From: Candidatus Uhrbacteria bacterium
Lineage (GTDB): Bacteria; Patescibacteriota; Patescibacteriia; UBA9934; UBA10169
Length of the DNA: 64,000 bases
Reading direction: 5' to 3'
Assembly: GCA_016187485.1 (NCBI GenBank)
Contig: JACPJO010000005.1
Location: 7,499-71,498, forward strand
In this document: positions 58,190 through 64,000 of the stretch, piece by piece
Layout of the letters: each line of letters begins with the position of its first letter
Numbering within the stretch: the first letter of the stretch is position 1
The notes under the pieces: generated by a model
What the model was told of the DNA's origin: nothing
The model's database searches: none
What the model saw: only the letters and a program-made list of their open reading frames with translations
Program-made: the position numbers and the translations under genes

Positions 58190-58951
58190 ATGCCCTGGAG
58201 GAAAGAAGGACAACGGTGGAAGGGGATAGGGCCGTTTGCCCTGTTTTTTCTGGTCGTCCTTTTTCTTCTTGGCTGGAACCCTCTTCATACCGCGTGGTCG
58301 GCCCTTCAGCGCATAGGCGTGTCGATCTTGCGCTTAGGATCCTTTGCAGATGAAACATCGCGGGTAGAATCCCAACTCCAATCCTGTGCCGAAGATCTCG
58401 CGGAACTGCGCAGCCGTGTACCGCGCGAAGAAGAGCGCGCGCTTTTTACAAGTGAGACAGTTGTGGGGGGGTGGGGAAGCGTGCTTGGGTCTGTTATTGC
58501 GCGTTCCCTCATGGATGGCCGCTCCATTATTCTGGTAAACCGTGGAGAGGCCGATGGCGTGCAAGACGGCGCGGCGGTTGTTGCGGGTGACCGTATTCTT
58601 ATCGGTACCGTCGAGGATGTTCGCGCACATACGTCCGTCGTGCGTCTCGTCTCGGACCATCGCAGCCGTATTTCTTCAAAGACCGTCACTTCACAACTTG
58701 CGGGAGTGAGCGAGGGTGCACGCGGATCCTTACTCAATCTCACCTTCATTCCAAAAGAAGTTCCTCTTGCACTCGACGATCTTATTCTTACCGCTGGTCT
58801 TGAAGGAACAATCCCCGCCGACCTTGTTATTGGAACGATTACGGATATGACACAAGATGACACGGCCGCCTTCGGATCCGCATCTATTGAACCGCTGCTC
58901 GACTCACGTCTCATCTCGCTTGTGCGTATCTTCATTCCCCCGGCTTTATGA
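58190..58951 (+). CDS. mreC: Rod shape-determining protein MreC
   Basis: N-terminal TM helix, a coiled coil, then a beta-rich domain with GDRILIGTVEDV and LILTAGLEGTIPADLVIGTI motifs. Lies between mreB and mreD. Confidence 0.8.
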   Translation: MPWRKEGQRWKGIGPFALFFLVVLFLLGWNPLHTAWSALQRIGVSILRLGSFADETSRVESQLQSCAEDLAELRSRVPREEERALFTSETVVGGWGSVLGSVIARSLMDGRSIILVNRGEADGVQDGAAVVAGDRILIGTVEDVRAHTSVVRLVSDHRSRISSKTVTSQLAGVSEGARGSLLNLTFIPKEVPLALDDLILTAGLEGTIPADLVIGTITDMTQDDTAAFGSASIEPLLDSRLISLVRIFIPPAL

Positions 58952-59448
58952 GTCGCGTACTTATTTACGCGGTTATCTTCCTTGCTCTGCTTTCCTTTGA
59001 GGTTGGGTTTTTAAACACTCTTCCGTGGCCGTGGAGTCTTACCCCGCTCATCCCGATCGTCTCTGTATGGATCTATCATACGTGGCACAGCCCGCTCGGG
59101 ATTTGGTTTCTCCTCGCCTGGGGATTTGCCATGGAGTGGCTTAACCTTTTCCCGTGGTTTTCGCCGCTTGTTGTGAGCGTGGTTATTGGGCTTGGCGTTT
59201 TGCTTTGGGTCGAGCGGCTCTTCAGCCATCGCTCGCTGTGGGGGCTTTTTGCCGTGTCCCTTTTGAGTATGGGTTCTTGGGCACTCGTGGAGGGTCTTTT
59301 CCGCCTTTTTAATGCCTCAACCGTTCCCGATGTCGCGCTCTTTGGTTTTGCAGAAAACATGCTTCTGCGGACACTCATGGCGCTGATGGTTTCTGTCCTT
59401 CTGTTCTTTTTTGAGGAGCGCATCCGCCGTCTGGGTCTACGCCTATGA
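58948..59448 (+). CDS. mreD: Rod shape-determining protein MreD (membrane)
   Basis: Five hydrophobic helices, 166 aa, position after mreC. Confidence 0.6.
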   Translation: MSRVLIYAVIFLALLSFEVGFLNTLPWPWSLTPLIPIVSVWIYHTWHSPLGIWFLLAWGFAMEWLNLFPWFSPLVVSVVIGLGVLLWVERLFSHRSLWGLFAVSLLSMGSWALVEGLFRLFNASTVPDVALFGFAENMLLRTLMALMVSVLLFFFEERIRRLGLRL

Positions 59449-61394
59449 GCGCGCTTTTTCGTTTTGGATCACACGGCGGAGGGGCCGACGTTGTGCGTCA
59501 AGAGGCGTTTGCGCTGTCTCCGGATGTTCTCTGCGATACGCATGGAGCTTCTCTTGCGCCGCGAGCGTTTGGTCTTCGGCAGTACCTATTTGCACTTGTG
59601 CTTGTGGGGGTAGCGTGTGCCGTTTTGCTTGGGCGGGCCGCCTATCTGCAAGTTTTTCGCGGAGCGAGTTTCCGCGTTGTAGCCGAAGAAAACCGCACGC
59701 GACTCATCGTCTTTCCGGCGGAGCGTGGCGTGATTTATTCTGCCGACAAAACACTCCTTGCGCGCAACGAACCTTCCTTCACGCTTTTCGTCACGCCCGA
59801 TGACCTTCCGGAGGACCTTGAGGAGAGGCGTCGAGTGATTGAAGAGGCAGCAGGGATGGTCAGCATTGCGCCACCGGAGATTGAATTTGCTTTGGCAGAG
59901 TTTCCCGACGCGGCAGGCGAGGCCATCCCGGTGACAGGAGAGATTACCTATGAACGAGCGGTTCGCTTTCTTGTGGCCGAGGAGCGCCTCCCCGGCCTTT
60001 CCATGCGCATGGAGACGCGGCGCGCCTATGCGACATCGGCACTTCGGTCGCTTTCGCATGTGCTTGGGTACACGGGTTTCATTTCGCAAGAGGAGTATAC
60101 AACGCGGCGGTCACAGGGGTATCGGCGCGTGGACCGTGTCGGAAAAACAGGGGTGGAAGCGACGTATGAGGAGGCTTTGCACGGAGTGCATGGGGCACGT
60201 GTGGTGGAGGTGGATGCGCGCGGAAATGAGACGCGATTGATTCGTTTTGAGCCCGCACAAAATGGCAGCAACCTTTCTCTCTCGATTGACGCAGGACTTA
60301 CGGGATTTATCGAGAATCGTTTAGAAGAGTTTTTCCGTCGAAGCGGCCTCAATCGCGCGTCGGTGATTGCGCTTGATCCTCGGGACGGCGCGGTGCGAGC
60401 ACTTGTCTCGCTTCCAAGTTATGACAACAACCTTTTCTCGGGGCGCGTCTCGCCGGATATGTATAACGAGCTTTCCCTTGATCCAGACCATCCGCTTTTT
60501 TCTCGCGCGGTATCAGGGGAATTTCCCCCTGGTTCAACATTCAAGCCGACCGTGGCTGCGGTGGCGCTTTATGACGGAGTGATTGACGAGCGCACAAGTT
60601 TTCTTTCCACCGGCGGAGTGCGTATTGGGGAATGGTTTTTCCCGGATTGGAAGGCCGGCGGTCATGGGGTGACAGATGTGCGCAAAGCTCTTGCCGAATC
60701 CGTCAACACATTCTTCTATGCGGTGGGCGGGGGGCTTGGGGAATTTCGTGGACTAGGGATTGAGCGATTGAGGGAAGCGGTACGCGCGTTTGGGTTTGGG
60801 CAGACGCTTCAAGCGGATCTCCCCGGGGAGGCAGAGGGGTTCTTACCAAGCAAAACGTGGAAAGAATCTGCAAAGGGAGAGCGGTGGTATATTGGAGACA
60901 CGTATCACGCGGCCATCGGACAGGGAGACGTTCTTGTGACGCCGCTTCAGATGGCAGTTGCCACAGCGACGATTGCCAACGGCGGGGTGCGTTATGCGCC
61001 GCACGTGGTATCTTCGTTAGAACGCGACGGCGTAGAGACCTCCGTGGAGCCAGCGGTAGTGGAACGCCTTGCGGGATACGAAGAAGCGCTGCGCGTTGTT
61101 CGAGAGGGGATGCGTCAAGCGGTGACAGTAGGGAGCGCCAGAATGCTTGAAAGCTTGCCTGTGGCTGTTGCCGCAAAGACAGGCACGGCACAGACGCCGG
61201 GTGACAAGCCAACGCATGCGTGGTTTACGTCGTTTGGACCCTATGAGGCGCCGGAGCTTGTTGTAACGGTACTTATTGAGGAGGGCGGAGAAGGTTCTGC
61301 TGTTGCAGCCCCTCTTGCCCGCGATATTTACGCCTGGTGGTCCGCCAACCGCGGGTTTTCAAATGATCTTGACGATATTTTCGAGAGACGATAG
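59445..61394 (+). CDS. mrdA: Penicillin-binding protein 2 (class B transpeptidase)
   Basis: SxxK is PGSTFKP, SxN is ESVN and KTG is KTGTAQ. An N-terminal TM anchor is present and the gene sits within the mreBCD cluster. Confidence 0.9.
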   Translation: MSALFRFGSHGGGADVVRQEAFALSPDVLCDTHGASLAPRAFGLRQYLFALVLVGVACAVLLGRAAYLQVFRGASFRVVAEENRTRLIVFPAERGVIYSADKTLLARNEPSFTLFVTPDDLPEDLEERRRVIEEAAGMVSIAPPEIEFALAEFPDAAGEAIPVTGEITYERAVRFLVAEERLPGLSMRMETRRAYATSALRSLSHVLGYTGFISQEEYTTRRSQGYRRVDRVGKTGVEATYEEALHGVHGARVVEVDARGNETRLIRFEPAQNGSNLSLSIDAGLTGFIENRLEEFFRRSGLNRASVIALDPRDGAVRALVSLPSYDNNLFSGRVSPDMYNELSLDPDHPLFSRAVSGEFPPGSTFKPTVAAVALYDGVIDERTSFLSTGGVRIGEWFFPDWKAGGHGVTDVRKALAESVNTFFYAVGGGLGEFRGLGIERLREAVRAFGFGQTLQADLPGEAEGFLPSKTWKESAKGERWYIGDTYHAAIGQGDVLVTPLQMAVATATIANGGVRYAPHVVSSLERDGVETSVEPAVVERLAGYEEALRVVREGMRQAVTVGSARMLESLPVAVAAKTGTAQTPGDKPTHAWFTSFGPYEAPELVVTVLIEEGGEGSAVAAPLARDIYAWWSANRGFSNDLDDIFERR

Positions 61395-61442
61395 ATTATG
61401 GTTATTCTCGTGGACATCCACGAGTCCCTGTTTTAAAAGCCT

Positions 61443-61898
61443 ATGGCCACCTACCTTAGCCAAGAAAAACTTGATGAGATGAAAAAGGAGCTCGAGCATC
61501 GCTCGCGCGTGCAGAGAAAGGAAATTGCCGAGCGTATTGCGTCGGCAAAAGAACTCGGCGATCTTTCCGAGAATTTTGAATACCACGAAGCGAAGGAGCA
61601 GCAGGCGCAGAACGAGTCGCGTGTCGTTCAGCTTCAAGATATGATTCGCGACGTCGTGCTTGTAGAGGAAAAATCTGGCGGAGATCGGATTGGACTCGGC
61701 AGCCGTTTTGTTGTCTCAAGAGAGAAAACCGAAAAGACATTCGAAATTGTTGGGGCGAACGAAGCGAATCCTGTAGAGGGAAAGATCAGTAATGAATCGC
61801 CTATTGGGCACGCGTTTATGGGTAAAAGGGTAGGGGAGAACGTCACCATAGACATCCCCTCCGGAAACGTCTCCTATACCATCGTGAAGATTCTTTAA
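61443..61898 (+). CDS. greA: Transcription elongation factor GreA (second copy)
   Basis: LGDLSENFEYHEAKEQQ signature and C-terminal FKBP-like domain (GKRVGENVTIDIPSGNVSYTIVKI). Confidence 0.85.
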   Translation: MATYLSQEKLDEMKKELEHRSRVQRKEIAERIASAKELGDLSENFEYHEAKEQQAQNESRVVQLQDMIRDVVLVEEKSGGDRIGLGSRFVVSREKTEKTFEIVGANEANPVEGKISNESPIGHAFMGKRVGENVTIDIPSGNVSYTIVKIL

Positions 61899-61920
61899 TA
61901 CCCGCGGGGGCCTCCTCCTT

Positions 61921-62322
61921 ATGGCCGAAACTGTGGTAGTATTTGGAACGTTCGATGGTCTCCATGAGGGGCATCGGGCGTTCTTTCGTGAGGCCAAAGC
62001 GTGCGCCGACCGGCTCGTGGTCGTGGTTGCGCGAGACGTCACTGTCCAGCTCCTCAAGGGCCGGCCGGTACGGTATTCTGAACAAACGCGAATGGAGATG
62101 GTGAGGCGCGAGCCGGCAGTGGATGAGGTGCGGCTCGGAGACGCGGTGCTTGGCTCCTACGCTGTCCTTAAAGAGGTTCACCCGCGTGTCGTAGCCGTTG
62201 GGTACGACCAAGACACTCTTCTGGAAGATCTCACGCGGTGGAAAGAAACGCACATGCCCGACATCCGGCTTGTGAGACTGTCGGCCTATAAACCAGAACA
62301 GTACAAATCTTCTCTTCTATGA
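61921..62322 (+). CDS. Cytidylyltransferase-like nucleotidyltransferase (HIGH family, FMN adenylyltransferase/RfaE domain II-like)
   Basis: VVFGTFDGLHEGH is the (T/H)xGH nucleotidyltransferase motif. 133 aa, single domain. Confidence 0.6.
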   Translation: MAETVVVFGTFDGLHEGHRAFFREAKACADRLVVVVARDVTVQLLKGRPVRYSEQTRMEMVRREPAVDEVRLGDAVLGSYAVLKEVHPRVVAVGYDQDTLLEDLTRWKETHMPDIRLVRLSAYKPEQYKSSLL

Positions 62323-63590
62323 TTGACATTGCTCTTATCCGAAAAGACCCAGCGCGCATCGCGGAGGTCGCACAGCAAAAAGGGGTTGCGGTAGACGTAG
62401 ACCGCCTTCTGCATTTGGATGCGGAGCGCCGTGAGTTGGAAGGCGGAATCGCCGAGTGTAATCGTCTGCGTAAAGAGGCCGCGGCGGAAAAGAACGTGGC
62501 GCGCGGGAAAGAACTTAAGGAGCAGCTTTCACAAAAGGAAAAAGAGTTGAAAGAAATTGAGCCGGAACTCCAAGCGCTTTTACTTTCTATTCCGAATCTT
62601 CCCTCTGATGATACGCCGATTGGTTCGGATGAGTCCGCAAATGTGGTTCTCCGTACGGTGGGAGAGCCCAGGGCGCTCTCGTTTAAACCGAAAGATCATA
62701 TGGAGCTTGGGATATCGCTTGGACTTATTGATACCGCGCGCGCCGCGGATATTTCGGGAACACGTTTTGGTTACCTTTTTGGTGATGCCGTCCTCTTACA
62801 GTTTGCACTTATGAGGTTTGCTTTTGAGACGCTGACGAACCAAAGAGCGCTTGCGGACATCATCGCAAAGGCGGGGCTATCTGTTCTGGCAACACCGTTT
62901 ACTCCCGTTGTGCCGCCCGTGTTTATCAAGCCGGAAGTGTTTCAAAAAATGGGGCGGCTCGAGCCAAAGGAGGAACGGTACTATATTCCTTCAGACAATC
63001 AGTTTTTAATCGGGAGTGCAGAGCATACACTCGGACCTCTGCACATGGATGAAACAATTCCTGTCGAAAAACTTCCTCTTCGTTACGTGGGATACTCGAC
63101 AAGTTTTCGTCGTGAAGCGGGGTCGTATGGAAAGGATACGCACGGCATTTTACGCGTGCACCAATTCGACAAAGTAGAGATGGAATCGTTTACGGCACCC
63201 GGGGATGGACTTGCCGAGCAAGATTTTTTTGTTGCGATTCAAGAGCATCTCGTGACCTCTCTTGGCCTGCCGTACCGCGTCATTCTGTGCTCAACCGGAG
63301 ATCAAGGCACACCGGATGCGCGGCATCTCGATGTAGAGGTATGGATGCCTGGGGAAGGGAAGTACCGTGAGACGCATTCAGCCGACTACATGACGGATTA
63401 CCAAGCGCGACGGCTCGGTACACGCGTAAAGGATGGTGGAGGAATGACGTATGCGCATATGAATGATGCTACGGTTTTTGCTATCGGCCGCATGCTCATC
63501 GCCATCTTGGAGAATGGCCAGCAGGAAGATGGGCGAGTGCGTGTGCCAGACGCGCTTCAGAAATTTGTGGGCAAGGAGGTTATTGGGTAG
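62319..63590 (+). CDS. serS: Seryl-tRNA synthetase
   Basis: N-terminal coiled-coil arm. Class II motif 2 is FRREAGSYGKDTHGILRVHQFDKVE, and motif 3 is GRMLIAILENGQ. Confidence 0.9.
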   Translation: MIDIALIRKDPARIAEVAQQKGVAVDVDRLLHLDAERRELEGGIAECNRLRKEAAAEKNVARGKELKEQLSQKEKELKEIEPELQALLLSIPNLPSDDTPIGSDESANVVLRTVGEPRALSFKPKDHMELGISLGLIDTARAADISGTRFGYLFGDAVLLQFALMRFAFETLTNQRALADIIAKAGLSVLATPFTPVVPPVFIKPEVFQKMGRLEPKEERYYIPSDNQFLIGSAEHTLGPLHMDETIPVEKLPLRYVGYSTSFRREAGSYGKDTHGILRVHQFDKVEMESFTAPGDGLAEQDFFVAIQEHLVTSLGLPYRVILCSTGDQGTPDARHLDVEVWMPGEGKYRETHSADYMTDYQARRLGTRVKDGGGMTYAHMNDATVFAIGRMLIAILENGQQEDGRVRVPDALQKFVGKEVIG

Positions 63591-63593
63591 ACA

Positions 63594-64000
63594 TGCATGC
63601 GTATCGCACATGGATAGAAGTGAGTTCGTCGGCGCTCGCGCACAATGTCCGGGCGCTCTCGTCTTGTTTATCGCCTGATGTCCAGATGATTGCGATTGTA
63701 AAGGCAGATGCCTATGGGCACGGGTTGAGAGAAGTCGCAGGACTGCTTTGGCGGGAAGGGGTGCGCGTGTTTGGAGTGGATTCTCTTGAAGAAGCTCTTG
63801 TTGTGCGCGAATGCCTTCCTCAAGCAACCGTTATCATTTTAGGATTCGTTCCAGACAGCTCTCTTCCTCTTGTTGTCTCCCATCACCTTCACATCGGTAT
63901 GTATGATCTTGAGCAAGTTCGTTTGCTCGAGGAGGCTGCGGCGGGAGCGGAGGAGTCTGTCTCTGTGCATATAAAAATTGAAACGGGGACAGCTCGACAG
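63594..64000 (+). CDS. alr: Alanine racemase, N-terminal part (3' partial at window edge)
   Basis: MHAYRTWIEVSSSALAHNVRALSSCL...IAIVKADAYGHG contains the PLP-lysine motif (V-K-A-x-A-Y-G-H-G). The ORF runs off the window. Confidence 0.8.

Overview
This 64-kb window looks like a compact, gene-dense bacterial chromosome region, with small genes, a type IV pilus cluster and a short F1Fo delta subunit that resemble uncultivated small-genome lineages. Background GC is about 55% by eye. Housekeeping content includes an ABC-F ATPase, MazG, HAD and HIT hydrolases, GreA (two copies), MscL, a DEAD-box helicase, ThpR, a type IV pilus locus with L33, an ABC-2 exporter, MutY, Xth, PepA, peroxiredoxin, RsmI, MetG, TatD, the complete atpBEFHAGDC operon, a UvrD-nuclease fusion, MreBCD, PBP2, SerS and the start of Alr. 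The accessory and unusual content is where the interest lies. (1) A tRNA-Asn(GUU) gene is interrupted in its anticodon loop by a 266-nt group I intron with clear P/Q/R/S cores. A free-standing GIY-YIG ORF sits immediately 5' of it, flanked by a duplicated, insertion-bearing copy of the tRNA 5' end. (2) Directly downstream of the tRNA is an island carrying an Xis-like HTH gene, a Type III-like R-M system in res-then-mod order, a small unknown protein and an XRE/ImmA pair, followed by a low-GC two-gene islet. (3) Two sharply GC-rich foreign blocks (about 34.5-36.3 kb and 44.0-46.8 kb) encode three large uncharacterized proteins. Each block ends in an identical 31-nt terminator hairpin, and the two copies are inverted relative to each other 12.2 kb apart. 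One block carries a 56-nt near-perfect palindrome just upstream of its gene, and the other has a palindromic operator between its divergent genes. I regard these blocks as the best candidate for an undescribed system. (4) There is a family of short GC-rich palindromes of the form GGGGTC(A/T)GACCCC, including a perfect 38-nt palindrome inserted in-frame inside tatD. (5) There is a carrier-protein-like ORF followed by two translationally coupled FemAB-like GNAT-fold paralogs. All functional calls come from motif-level reading of the translations and should be confirmed by database searches.
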